Assembly: GCA_045047305.1 (NCBI GenBank)
Contig: JASFYO010000038.1
Span: 1 to 26,128, forward strand
Length of the DNA stretch: 26,128 bases
From: Planctomycetota bacterium
GTDB lineage: Bacteria; Planctomycetota; UBA1135
Reading direction: 5' to 3'
The notes beneath the pieces were generated by a model. The model saw only the letters and a program-made list of their open reading frames with translations. It was not told the DNA's origin and searched no databases. Made by a program: the position numbers and the translations under genes. Below are positions 8,473 through 17,644 of the stretch, in pieces (position 1 is the first letter of the stretch; every line of letters begins with the position of its first letter).

Positions 8473-10461
8473 CTAAACTCCCGCAGGAGCTGTCAAAAAC
8501 ATGCCTTCGCGGAATGCAGTGATGTGCCCAGTGAATGCCGAAGCCGCCACGGTCAGTGGACTTGCTAAGTACAGCTCGCCAGGGCCGCTGCGTCCGGCGA
8601 AGTTGCGGTTAATCGCACTCACCGTGACTTGTTCCGAAGTTTCGGAAACACCAGGGCCGCAACCAATGCAGGCACCACAACCAGGCTCAATCAAAGTCAC
8701 TCCAACGCTCTCAAACAGCTCAATCCAGCCTTGTTCCCGTGCGTAATCTTGCACCCGCTTACTGCCAAACTGAATGAAAAATTCAGACCCTTCCTTCACC
8801 TTCAAGCCTGCATTTTTCGCTTCTTGACAAACTCGCGCGTAAAACTGAAAGTCATCGATTTTGCCGGCCGTGCAAGAACCGCCATAGGCAATGTCAATCG
8901 CGACCTCTTCTAACTCGGAGATTTCCTTGCCATAAGTGGGGTCACCTGGAGTAGCCACGCGTGGCTTGATGGCGGATAAATCCACCTCGAAGCGCCCGCC
9001 TTTGTAGACCGCATCTTGATCTGGGAACACAAAGCTCTGTGCGATTTCAGCTGCCGACTTTCCAGGCCGACGTTCTGCCAACCACGCAGCAAGTTTCTCA
9101 TCGCCCTCGCATATGCCGGTGCGTGCCGTGCATTCGGTAGCCATGTTGCACAAAGTTGCGCGCTCATCCACCGACATGCTGTTCATGCCAGGACCGCCAA
9201 ACTCCATCGAGCGGTTCAGGGTGTCCTCTGTCTTGGCAAAAGTATCAAGGATGAACAGAATGACATCCTTAGCCGTACATCCAGGGTCCAGTTCTCCAAC
9301 CAAATCGAAGCGAATCGTTTCCGGCACCTTGACAAAGGTGAACCCAGAATGAATAAGTGCTGCATATTCAGTCGCGCCGACTCCATAAGTGAGCGCGTTG
9401 GAGCCGCCGCCCATGCAGGTATGGGAATCGGTGGCCTGAATGAAATCGCCAGGCTCGACGAATTCCTCACGCGCAACTTGGTGACAGATACCTGGGCTCA
9501 CACCATCCTTGGCAGAGTAATCGCGTACGCCGGTGTGCTTTTGAAATTCCTTCTGCAAATCGCGAAGGGTTTGGATTTGATCGATGAACGGAGCAAATCG
9601 CGCCACGCCATCGGCATAAAGCAAGTGATCCTCAAACACAGCAAGCTTCTCAGGGTTTTTCACCTGATAGTCCTCTCCATATTCGGCACTCAGGAAATCA
9701 TGCACCTGGGCAGTGGTGAACTCGTGGCTGTAGCCGCCATCTACCTTGGCTAGTACCGGGTCATCGGCTTGCACATAAGCGCCATCGACACCTGGGTTGA
9801 GCATTTTCGCAGCGATCATCTTCTCTGCCATGGTCATGCCGCATTTGCCGGTTGCGTTCGCTGGCAGCTCAATCTCGCCGCCGACCACTTTCTTAGAAAA
9901 TGGAAACAAGCCACCCTGCTCTAAAATCACTTGCGTGACTGGATCATAGCCCTGAGTGAATTCCGAAAGCTCCACCGTTGCGCCACCTTGCAAGCGCAAA
10001 AGCATGGCGTGGTCCCCCATCAGCTGACCGAGGTTAATGTTATTACGCTCGTGAATCGGCGCGAAGCTTGCGGCAAACACATAACGAATGCCACTCCAAC
10101 GTTCACATTGCGCAGCGGTTTCGCGACTAGATCCGGTGCCTTTGCGGTAACCAGATACGATGGCCTCGAAATTGCCGTCCATCAAGGCGCGAGTATCGAA
10201 GACGCGTCTACCGCTTTCATCAAGCAAGCCAGCGTAGGCATCGAGTGCGATATCGGCTGGGCGGTGACGGAAACACACCCAGGCTGGAGTCATGACATCG
10301 GTGTTGATGTCATCGAGAAGATCTTCGACCTTCAGATTCTCCATGCGGAGATCGAGCCCCTCATAGAGTTGTTTGCGCAACAAATCCAAATCCTTGGTGA
10401 GGAATAGGACACGTTTTCCCGGGTCGAACCGGATAGCAGAGGGAGGCCAGGAATCGCTCAT
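8473..10461 (-). CDS. Aconitase-family [4Fe-4S] hydratase: LeuD/HacB-like swivel domain fused N-terminally to a LeuC/HacA-like domain
   Basis: Swivel motifs DDINTD, GTGSSRETA and SFAPIHERNNINLG, then large-subunit motifs MTMAEK, GICHQV, DSHT, GGSCTAGK, PGCGACIG, NRNFAGR and YLASP..VAASA. Confidence 0.9.
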   Translation of the reverse strand: MSDSWPPSAIRFDPGKRVLFLTKDLDLLRKQLYEGLDLRMENLKVEDLLDDINTDVMTPAWVCFRHRPADIALDAYAGLLDESGRRVFDTRALMDGNFEAIVSGYRKGTGSSRETAAQCERWSGIRYVFAASFAPIHERNNINLGQLMGDHAMLLRLQGGATVELSEFTQGYDPVTQVILEQGGLFPFSKKVVGGEIELPANATGKCGMTMAEKMIAAKMLNPGVDGAYVQADDPVLAKVDGGYSHEFTTAQVHDFLSAEYGEDYQVKNPEKLAVFEDHLLYADGVARFAPFIDQIQTLRDLQKEFQKHTGVRDYSAKDGVSPGICHQVAREEFVEPGDFIQATDSHTCMGGGSNALTYGVGATEYAALIHSGFTFVKVPETIRFDLVGELDPGCTAKDVILFILDTFAKTEDTLNRSMEFGGPGMNSMSVDERATLCNMATECTARTGICEGDEKLAAWLAERRPGKSAAEIAQSFVFPDQDAVYKGGRFEVDLSAIKPRVATPGDPTYGKEISELEEVAIDIAYGGSCTAGKIDDFQFYARVCQEAKNAGLKVKEGSEFFIQFGSKRVQDYAREQGWIELFESVGVTLIEPGCGACIGCGPGVSETSEQVTVSAINRNFAGRSGPGELYLASPLTVAASAFTGHITAFREGMFLTAPAGV

Positions 10462-10505
10462 TTACTTGCTTTCTTACGCGGGAATCACCCGATTTCAAGA
10501 GAGAG

Positions 10506-10514
10506 ATTGTACCA
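10506..10514 (-). promoter_or_regulatory. Extended -10 promoter element (TGGTACAAT) for the hydratase-ABC operon
   Basis: TGn-TACAAT on the minus strand ~45 nt upstream of ATG 10461. Confidence 0.5.
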
Positions 10515-10542
10515 ACGACCTCGGGCCCAGGTGAAGTGAGAT

Positions 10543-11226
10543 TTAACCGCCGTTCAGCACAAACAGAGCTACGCCGGCGCCCAAAATGGCCATATTCCCA
10601 ACCGCATGCCAAACAATCGGAAGCCATAAACTGCCGCTCATCAGGTAGGCCCAGGATAGGAGATATCCCGCCAGAAAGTTGGTCGGGGCGAGATTGCCAT
10701 AAAGCAAATGCAGGAGGGCAAACAAAGTTCCGCTAATAGCAATGACACTGCGGTGCCGAAAACGTGTCGCCAAGGCTGTGCACAGAAGAATCCGATACAC
10801 CCCTTCCTCCAAAACTGGGGCTAAAACGGTCACTGCGAAAAACCGGTCCAACGCGTCGGCAGGGGCTAGCTGGGTGAAACCCGGGCCCACTTGAGCCATG
10901 GCGGAAATCCCATACAGCATACACCACATCAGGAGCGCCCAGCCACTCACAATCAAGCTCACCTTCATCCACAAAGCTGTGCCACCGTTAGGCGTCATCC
11001 GTGGCCAACCGTGACTCGGACGCTTGCGGCGTTGCTCATCAAAAAACAAAAGCGCAATCATGGGGAGCAGCGCACGCACCCAAGAGAAGGCAAGGCCTTG
11101 GTAGACCAAAAGCATGTCTAAGCCGACGGCAAGGATTCCGCCCACCACCCATAGAGTGGCTTCGCGCGAGTTATATTGTTGACGCAGGTCAATTCCTACG
11201 CGCGGCCGTGGTTTTTCGTCCTGCAC
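10543..11226 (-). CDS. CPBP-family (Abi/CAAX) intramembrane glutamic/metalloprotease
   Basis: Multiple TM helices; motifs APVLEEGVYR, LFALLH and PIVWHAVGN. Confidence 0.88.
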   Translation of the reverse strand: MQDEKPRPRVGIDLRQQYNSREATLWVVGGILAVGLDMLLVYQGLAFSWVRALLPMIALLFFDEQRRKRPSHGWPRMTPNGGTALWMKVSLIVSGWALLMWCMLYGISAMAQVGPGFTQLAPADALDRFFAVTVLAPVLEEGVYRILLCTALATRFRHRSVIAISGTLFALLHLLYGNLAPTNFLAGYLLSWAYLMSGSLWLPIVWHAVGNMAILGAGVALFVLNGG

Positions 11227-11249
11227 CCGTCCATTTTAGCAATCTCTCC

Positions 11250-12368
11250 ATGCCTGCGATTCCCTCTAGCCTCAACCCACATTTGCTTATGGTGGGTGGT
11301 GGACACGCCCACTTGCAGGTTTTTCATGCCTTTCAAAAGAGAATTCCGCCGTGTAAAATCACCTTGTTGGTGGATCAGCCCACTGCGGTATACAGCGGCA
11401 TGGTTCCCGGATTCCTCGCTGGGCAGTACCAGGCCGACGCCCTGACCTTCGATTTGCGCAAATGGGCGCAGGCCATAGGCGCTCAGCTGGTATTGGGGAG
11501 GGCCGTGGGCATGGATTTGGATACGCAAGAAGTGGAAAGCGCCGACGGCACCCGCATTCACTACGACTTATGCTCGTGGAATATTGGCTCAACCGTTGCG
11601 GGACTCGATGTCCCTGGTGTAAACGAGTTCGCTTTGGCGACACGGCCGATTGGAGATTTTGTGCAGCACGTCCCCTCTCGTCTGCGCGACGCCATACGCT
11701 TGCGCGGAAAGAAGCCGTTGCGGATTTTGGTGGTAGGCGGTGGAGCCGCAGGCATTGAAATCGCGTTTTGTTTGGACCAGCGCACCTTTGCGGAATGCGG
11801 AGTGAAGCCAGAAACAACAGTGCTCTATTCCGGCAACACTCTTTTGCCGCATGCCCACTTCTCTCTGCGCAATGCAGTGATAGGGCAGATGCAACGTCGC
11901 GGTTTGCACTACCGCCACGGGCAAAAGGTTGTAAAGCTACATCAAGGCGAGGCGGAAACCTGGAACGGAGAACGCATTCCTTTTGACCTTTGCGTTTGGG
12001 CAACCGGTGCCGATGCGCATTTGGAACGCGGTTGGATTCCCGTCGGCCCGTCCTTACAAGTGGAAAATCATCCCGAGGTTTTTGCGGTCGGCGATTGTGC
12101 GCACCTAACATTTGCGCCGGGCACCCCGAAAGCTGGAGTTTATGCGGTGCGCGAAGGCCCCATACTGGCGCACAATCTCCGTGCCAAACTACTAGGTCAT
12201 CCAACGCGCCACTATGAGCCACAGGAGAATTTTCTTGCCTTGCTAAACTTGGGCGATGGGCGTGCAATCGGCCAAAAGGCGGGTACCGCTCTTACAGGAG
12301 CTTGGATGATGTGGGTCAAGGATTGGATTGATCAACGCTTTATGCGCAAGTTTCAGGCGCCCATTTAA
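11250..12368 (+). CDS. FAD-dependent pyridine nucleotide-disulfide oxidoreductase resembling the N-terminal domain of fused selenide,water dikinases
   Basis: LLMVGGGHAHLQV, YSGMVPG, VVGGGAAGIEI, VFAVGDCA, PKAGVYAVREGP and KDWIDQRFM. Start placed at ATG 11250 because the longer ORF overlaps the divergent CPBP gene. Confidence 0.85.
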   Translation: MPAIPSSLNPHLLMVGGGHAHLQVFHAFQKRIPPCKITLLVDQPTAVYSGMVPGFLAGQYQADALTFDLRKWAQAIGAQLVLGRAVGMDLDTQEVESADGTRIHYDLCSWNIGSTVAGLDVPGVNEFALATRPIGDFVQHVPSRLRDAIRLRGKKPLRILVVGGGAAGIEIAFCLDQRTFAECGVKPETTVLYSGNTLLPHAHFSLRNAVIGQMQRRGLHYRHGQKVVKLHQGEAETWNGERIPFDLCVWATGADAHLERGWIPVGPSLQVENHPEVFAVGDCAHLTFAPGTPKAGVYAVREGPILAHNLRAKLLGHPTRHYEPQENFLALLNLGDGRAIGQKAGTALTGAWMMWVKDWIDQRFMRKFQAPI

Positions 12369-12373
12369 ATCCG

Positions 12374-12402
12374 AAAAGAGAGCCCGCCAATGGCGGACTC
12401 TC
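12374..12402 (-). terminator. Intrinsic terminator between convergent genes
   Basis: Minus strand GAGAGUCCGCC-AUU-GGCGGGCUCUC-UUUU; 11 bp stem including one U-G. Confidence 0.75.
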
Positions 12403-12446
12403 TCCCTTTCATCCAAAAAATGGGTGTAATGAAAACCCCATTCCCC

Positions 12447-12881
12447 CTATGGACGGAGGACGAGTGGTGCCTCGATAAAGCTTCCTCCACGGTAAGCTCG
12501 CACCATGTCTCCAGTTTCTGCACGTGGCCCTGCGACGCGACCGGTGCCATCGTCTGGCAATCCAAGAACATCGATGGTGAGACGGGCGGTTCCGAAGGAA
12601 TCAGAAACCGCGGAACCAACAGCGAATCCGTTGACGGAAAAGTTCACCAAAATGCCGGGGCCGATGTTCTTCACCTCGCCTTCGAAGCTCTGGTCCATCA
12701 AGCCGTTATCGGGAGATTCCTTGTACTTGGCCTTGAGAATAACCTGACCGGAAGTTGCATTTGCATCCCAAATGAAGTCGGCAGGATTAAAGAAGGATGC
12801 TGCCGATTGTGGCGCCAGGATGGCAAATGCCGAAACCGTGACGGCGGCAAGCAGGAAAGTTTTGAGGAGCAAGTTTTTCAT
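12447..12881 (-). CDS. Secreted hypothetical protein (144 aa, beta-rich)
   Basis: Clear signal peptide MKNLLLKTFLLAAVTVSAFA; same orientation as the upstream lipoprotein gene; followed by a strand-appropriate terminator. Confidence 0.75.
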   Translation of the reverse strand: MKNLLLKTFLLAAVTVSAFAILAPQSAASFFNPADFIWDANATSGQVILKAKYKESPDNGLMDQSFEGEVKNIGPGILVNFSVNGFAVGSAVSDSFGTARLTIDVLGLPDDGTGRVAGPRAETGDMVRAYRGGSFIEAPLVLRP

Positions 12882-12927
12882 GTGTTTCAGGGTCTGGGGA
12901 TATCCGATGTGGTTTTCCCTTCACAAG

Positions 12928-12964
12928 AAACGGCGGGGAAGGGACCTGCCCTCCCCCACCGTTT
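12928..12964 (-). terminator. 16-bp hairpin directly after the lipoprotein gene (terminator or mRNA-stabilising stem)
   Basis: Minus strand AAACGGUGGGGGAGGG-CAGGU-CCCUUCCCCGCCGUUU; the G-U wobbles form only on the minus strand. Confidence 0.65.
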
Positions 12965-12974
12965 ATGAAAAAAC

Positions 12975-14750
12975 TTAAGAATTATTTCCAGTTTCAGCAC
13001 TGATGTCCCAGGACTCAATGCCGCCACTGCCATCGGAAGTGCCTTCGACCTCAAGCACCAAAACTTGCCCTACGCCTAAGCCGGCAAGCTGCGCTGCCAA
13101 ACCCGGCAAGTCTAAAGCCGTACCATCGCCACGGATGTATGCACTAGCATTGACATGAACCACCACGTTCCCAGAAGGTGGAGTGGCGCCACCAAAGGTC
13201 CGCTTGACTGCCTGCACGCTAACCGTGATGGTCGAGGCACCAAGATCAACACTAATCAAAGTGGCGTCGAGCTCTCCCGGCTTCAGCTTCACCCGACTCG
13301 CGATTAAAGTTGCGGAAGCCGGTGCTCCACTCAGACCGCCATGCACCTCACAGCGCAGGCCATCTATAAGTTGACTAGGCAGAAGGCTAGGACTGGGGCC
13401 AGAATCAAGAAATATACTTGGCCCGGCAGCTAGGGTCGCGTCGACCGGAGCACTGACAAGGCCATCCATTACCGCAGGTTCACTGTTGTCTAACAACATG
13501 CTGAAGGAGTTTGGAAGGCCGCTGATGGAAGCAATGGTTCCCTCGTATGCAACGCCAGCTTCACTCCCGCTTTGCTGGCCGTTGCCGACTTCAATTGAGG
13601 TAGCAGCAAAGGGTGAAGGGGCAGCAAAGGTAGCGAACCGCACATCGACCTCCATGCCCGGGACTAAAGTAGTAGCAACCAAGTTAGTTCCACTGGAGCT
13701 CGAATCGTTGGAAACAATGCGCGTATTCGCATCAAAGGAAATCGTAATGCTCCCGGGGTCGCCCAGGCTAGCGAGCACTGGGTTCACCGTAGAGTTACCC
13801 TTTTCCACTTGGCGAAGGGACAGCTCAAAGGTGCCGGCGCCAGTGTTCAAAGATAAGACCTCTCCCTCGATTTCAATACGATCGTTAACGCCGCCACCAT
13901 TGTCACCACTATGCGCTTCGGCAATGACACGGCTTGCATTGAAAGTACCTTGGGCAGTCATGGCGCCACTGATTTGCAAAGTATCACCCGGCGTCATTTC
14001 GCCCATGAAGCCTGCTGCACTATTAAACGTGCGACCGTCGTCATGCACCATGAAATCGCCGTTGGCCACTTGGACTTCCATCAAGCCAAAGGTTTGGCCG
14101 GGATTGGCATCGTCAATGATGCGTGCGAGAAAGCTGTTACTTCCTTGAGTCACACTAGCAACGCGGACACGAAACTCATCGAAGGATGGGGCTAAATCCG
14201 TCGTTGCAAGAAAATTCAAATCGAACACAAGTTGGCCTGGATTAGCCAGGTCATCGAGGAAGGAGCGGTTGAGATCAATATCGATGCGGCAAGGAACGAA
14301 TGCACTGGCATCGAATACCATAACGGATCCTCCAAAATCGCTTAAGTCGGCGCGGCTCGTAACCGTGCGCAAGGTCACTGGCACACTGACTCCGGCAAGG
14401 TCTCGGGCACTGGCTGCGCTAGCCATAATTTCTACTTGCTGATAAGTGCCACTTGGAATGCTTGGCACCATCGCGAGCAGGGCTTGCTTGGTAGACAAAC
14501 CCAGGAACTCAAAGGTGCGTGGTGCGCTGAGTAGGTTTGCCGTTGCATCCCCGTTCGGCGCAATAAGTTTGAGGCTACTCAAGGTGACGATTGCGGTTGA
14601 AAGGTTATCAATCGCCGCGTCTCCAACCGTAAACCCAACCGAGTTGGGGGCTGAGAGAGAAGTTGCGGTAGATCCACCACCACCACCACATGCTGGTAAC
14701 AGCATCAGGCCGAGCGAGGAAAGAAGTAAAAGAGGATTGGGCGTCTTCAT
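12975..14750 (-). CDS. Lipoprotein with DUF4382-like N-terminal domain and several DUF5666-like OB-type repeats
   Basis: MKTPNPLLLLSSLGLMLLPA-CGGGGGS lipobox; VGDAAID..AIVTLSSLKL, IPSGTYQQVEI and IDIDLNRS (DUF4382-like); repeats IEIEGEVLSLN...LVPGMEVDV..F.ATSIEV and YEGTIASI...LIDGLRCEVHG...LIASRVKL (DUF5666-like). Confidence 0.72.
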   Translation of the reverse strand: MKTPNPLLLLSSLGLMLLPACGGGGGSTATSLSAPNSVGFTVGDAAIDNLSTAIVTLSSLKLIAPNGDATANLLSAPRTFEFLGLSTKQALLAMVPSIPSGTYQQVEIMASAASARDLAGVSVPVTLRTVTSRADLSDFGGSVMVFDASAFVPCRIDIDLNRSFLDDLANPGQLVFDLNFLATTDLAPSFDEFRVRVASVTQGSNSFLARIIDDANPGQTFGLMEVQVANGDFMVHDDGRTFNSAAGFMGEMTPGDTLQISGAMTAQGTFNASRVIAEAHSGDNGGGVNDRIEIEGEVLSLNTGAGTFELSLRQVEKGNSTVNPVLASLGDPGSITISFDANTRIVSNDSSSSGTNLVATTLVPGMEVDVRFATFAAPSPFAATSIEVGNGQQSGSEAGVAYEGTIASISGLPNSFSMLLDNSEPAVMDGLVSAPVDATLAAGPSIFLDSGPSPSLLPSQLIDGLRCEVHGGLSGAPASATLIASRVKLKPGELDATLISVDLGASTITVSVQAVKRTFGGATPPSGNVVVHVNASAYIRGDGTALDLPGLAAQLAGLGVGQVLVLEVEGTSDGSGGIESWDISAETGNNS

Positions 14751-14816
14751 GGTATTCCGTGGCACTACATGGCTCACAATAGACCTAGCGGAACCAATCG
14801 ACGCTTTCCCTCAGGA

Positions 14817-15380
14817 TTATTCCAATTCTTTACTCAGCCAGGCTTTGGCAAAGGCCCAGTCCCGTTCCGCGGTCGAATGCCCGATGCTGAGGGCGTCAGC
14901 AGCCTCTTCAATCGTCATACCACCAAAAAACCGCAACTCCACTAAGCGCGCTTTACGCTCATCCTTTTGCGCGAGAGAGTCAAGAGCATCGTCTAACTCG
15001 AGAATATCGGCATGATTCCATTCCTCGGGCCGGTGTAAATCTGTTTGCGTCTGAAAAACTGGATTTTCTCCTCTCTTCTTCGCGGATTTACGCCGCGCAT
15101 GGTCAACCAAAAGCCGACGCATGGCTCGAGCGGCCAAACGGAAAAAATGGGAGCGGCCCTGAATGGAATCCCCTTCTACCAGCACCAAACGAAGGTAAGC
15201 CTCGTGAACCAAAGCGGTTGCTTGCAAAGTATGACCCTTTCGCTCATTCCGTAAATAGGACTCAGCCAATCGACGTAAGTCCTCATAGATGATGGGGAAA
15301 AGGGCATCTGCAGCCTCTTCGTTGCCTGCAGTCAGATCGTGCAACAGGCGCGTCGCTTCCCCAGGTCCAGTTTCGCTCAT
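14817..15380 (-). CDS. ECF-type sigma-70 factor, TIGR02999/ECF43-like (Ser/Thr kinase-associated)
   Basis: LFPIIYEDLRRLA, HTLQATALVHEAYLRL, HFFRLAARAMRRLLVDHAR...KRG, VELRFFGGMTIEEAA..L.I..STAERDW.FAKAWL. Confidence 0.93.
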   Translation of the reverse strand: MSETGPGEATRLLHDLTAGNEEAADALFPIIYEDLRRLAESYLRNERKGHTLQATALVHEAYLRLVLVEGDSIQGRSHFFRLAARAMRRLLVDHARRKSAKKRGENPVFQTQTDLHRPEEWNHADILELDDALDSLAQKDERKARLVELRFFGGMTIEEAADALSIGHSTAERDWAFAKAWLSKELE

Positions 15381-15450
15381 GCGCCGAGTCTACGAAATTT
15401 GAGGGTAGAGGTGAATTTTTTGCGCCATACTTGTAGAGGATCTTTCTCCC

Positions 15451-17622
15451 ATGACATCCAGCCGCATTCCCACGCCATGCTTCGCGCTATTTTTAAGCAT
15501 TGGACTTTATTGCACATCGTCCCTGCAAGCGCAAAACCCAAACGACCCTGGGCTCTTAGACCCGGTGATTCAGACTTACCTCGGCCGCACATGGCGTTTG
15601 CCATCTAGCCATCAAGTCACACCGGATTCTGAGCAAATTAATATTGTGGGCCGTGTAAGAAAGACTCGTGCAGACCAAGATGTAAGTAGTACTGGCCAAG
15701 CGATTCAAAACACTGATGATCCAAGCCAAAGCCTTCGTAATGGATTGGAAAGTCTGCAAGATGCGGCGATGAATAACCAGATGGGCGCCATGACTCTTGC
15801 TGCTGAGGATTTACGCGCGATTCTCTTGGGCACCACGCAAGGCAGCATTTACGACGGCTTCGCCATGCTTAACTACAACCGTGGTACTTGGCAAAACGAC
15901 CATGTCGCGGGTGAATACAAGACCAAACGCTTAACCGACCGCGGTCAAAAAATTCCAGGATTGGATGGCCGCTTACGCACAGTCTGGGAAGCCGACGTCA
16001 ACCTTCTCTATTATGACGAGGATGTGGATAGCGATACTTTCTTCTTAATCGCTCCTCTAGCAGCTGACTTCCGCGACAGCGTGCAACTGAACTACACGGT
16101 GTACTCCACTGGCACCGAAAGCTTTTCTCCAAGTACCCTAGTGCAAGACCTCTCTCCATTCGGTGAGGGTGCGTTGCCATCGAAAGGATTTGATGCCGCA
16201 TGGGTGCCCCTAAGCGGAAATGAAGTCACGCGTATTTCCATTGATCACGGCTCCCTTGGTACCTTGCGCGGCGTGCAACTCTGGGGTTGGTATGCCGAGC
16301 CGGATCGCAGCCAGTACATGGAAATCGTTCGCGAAGAATTGGATGCTCAAGGCGGAACTCGTTTCGAGGTGCGTGGCGCAACCATGATGGAACTCCTGCG
16401 CGGTCTAAATTTGGATTCCATTGGGGATGCGGCACCAGAAATGAAAATTCTTCAAGTAGCCGATGCTGTACTCGCAGGATCTTCGGCAAACCAGGTGCTT
16501 GCCATGCTCCAACAAGGCAATGTCGCGCCACTAGGTACTCTGAATGATTGGCGAAAAGTGCTGCAAGGCAAGGATTCCTTCCCTCTTGAGGCGCTCCAGA
16601 TTCTTGCCCTTGAAGGGATTCAACCCGATGTCTTTGGCCCCAACCGACTTGGCCCTTATGACGCGATTTTGGTTTATGCCAACCACGAGGTCTACTCAAC
16701 CTCCCTTGATCTCGAAGGACATGATCCACTCACTGGATTCTCGATTCCATTGAGCAATGACCCGCAAGGAAGCATGTGGAAAGTCAAAGTCATCAACCTG
16801 GACAACACCACACACTATTTGCAAACACATGATTACGGTCCGGCATTGCACGATGACATTGCAACTTGTCGCTTTGCCCCTTCCGGAGGACATAGCCTGG
16901 AGATTTACGTTGACCAAGTCATTCAGGGTGGTCCGAAAATGGATGAACTGCAGTGGCGCCTCGCTTGGGGCTTAAGGGATGGGCTTGGCGTTGTCGGTCA
17001 ATTCGATATTTTCACCCAAGCTCAGGATTTGCCCAACCTTCAGGGATTCCTCGATCAATCCGGGCAAGCGCTAGCAGGGTGGCAATGGCCGCTGTCTGAC
17101 CGCATTACTGATTTCCGCGTAGATCCACCGATGGCTTGGCTAGGTTCTACTGCGACCTCTGGACTCATAGAGAATGGCGGATCTGGTGTCGTTATTGGGA
17201 CTGAGACTCCTGGTTTCGGTGGAGCCAAAATGCCACTGTCCGATTTATCTGCATTCCACCCGGATGGCGCATTCAATACCGACACCAATGGCGACGGTCA
17301 ACTAAATGCTTTGCTGTTCCCCGCATGGTTACGTAATCCATCAGCTTCCGGTGGAGATTTGATTCCAAGCACACCTTTGTGGTTACCCTTTCTATATCGG
17401 AATCCGAACAATGGCACAGCATGGATGGACCCCACCGATCATGCATTAGGAGCATGGATTGACCAAAGCTTTGTGTTTGGTGAACCAATCCAAGCGAACT
17501 CCGACGGCTTTCTTGAAATGCGTCGTCCGCGGAGTCAAGGCCAAGCTCTATGGCATTACGACGGCCTGTTCCGCGACACCGCCGGCGCTCCAACACGCAC
17601 CTCTGATCGCTTTACGCGTTAA
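15451..17622 (+). CDS. Large secreted hypothetical protein (723 aa)
   Basis: Long ORF with GAGGA SD-like element, signal peptide ending LQA|Q, and a DTNGDG Ca-binding-like loop near the C-terminus; no recognised domain. Confidence 0.8.
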   Translation: MTSSRIPTPCFALFLSIGLYCTSSLQAQNPNDPGLLDPVIQTYLGRTWRLPSSHQVTPDSEQINIVGRVRKTRADQDVSSTGQAIQNTDDPSQSLRNGLESLQDAAMNNQMGAMTLAAEDLRAILLGTTQGSIYDGFAMLNYNRGTWQNDHVAGEYKTKRLTDRGQKIPGLDGRLRTVWEADVNLLYYDEDVDSDTFFLIAPLAADFRDSVQLNYTVYSTGTESFSPSTLVQDLSPFGEGALPSKGFDAAWVPLSGNEVTRISIDHGSLGTLRGVQLWGWYAEPDRSQYMEIVREELDAQGGTRFEVRGATMMELLRGLNLDSIGDAAPEMKILQVADAVLAGSSANQVLAMLQQGNVAPLGTLNDWRKVLQGKDSFPLEALQILALEGIQPDVFGPNRLGPYDAILVYANHEVYSTSLDLEGHDPLTGFSIPLSNDPQGSMWKVKVINLDNTTHYLQTHDYGPALHDDIATCRFAPSGGHSLEIYVDQVIQGGPKMDELQWRLAWGLRDGLGVVGQFDIFTQAQDLPNLQGFLDQSGQALAGWQWPLSDRITDFRVDPPMAWLGSTATSGLIENGGSGVVIGTETPGFGGAKMPLSDLSAFHPDGAFNTDTNGDGQLNALLFPAWLRNPSASGGDLIPSTPLWLPFLYRNPNNGTAWMDPTDHALGAWIDQSFVFGEPIQANSDGFLEMRRPRSQGQALWHYDGLFRDTAGAPTRTSDRFTR

Positions 17623-17644
17623 AGGGAAGCTAACTCCAAGCGCC

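Noticed and set aside
11001..11249. N-terminal extension of the flavoprotein ORF
   Set aside because: Overlaps the divergent CPBP gene; the FAD-binding motif begins just after ATG 11250.
11359..12267. 302-aa antisense ORF
   Set aside because: Fully overlaps the motif-rich flavoprotein gene, and its Arg/Pro-rich composition is typical of a shadow ORF.
12390..12968. 192-aa plus-strand ORF
   Set aside because: Antisense to the signal-peptide-bearing 144-aa gene, and it starts within one terminator hairpin and runs through another.
14760..14774. TGGCACTACATGGCT sigma-54-like site
   Set aside because: GG-GC spacing is one base short and it points away from the adjacent gene.
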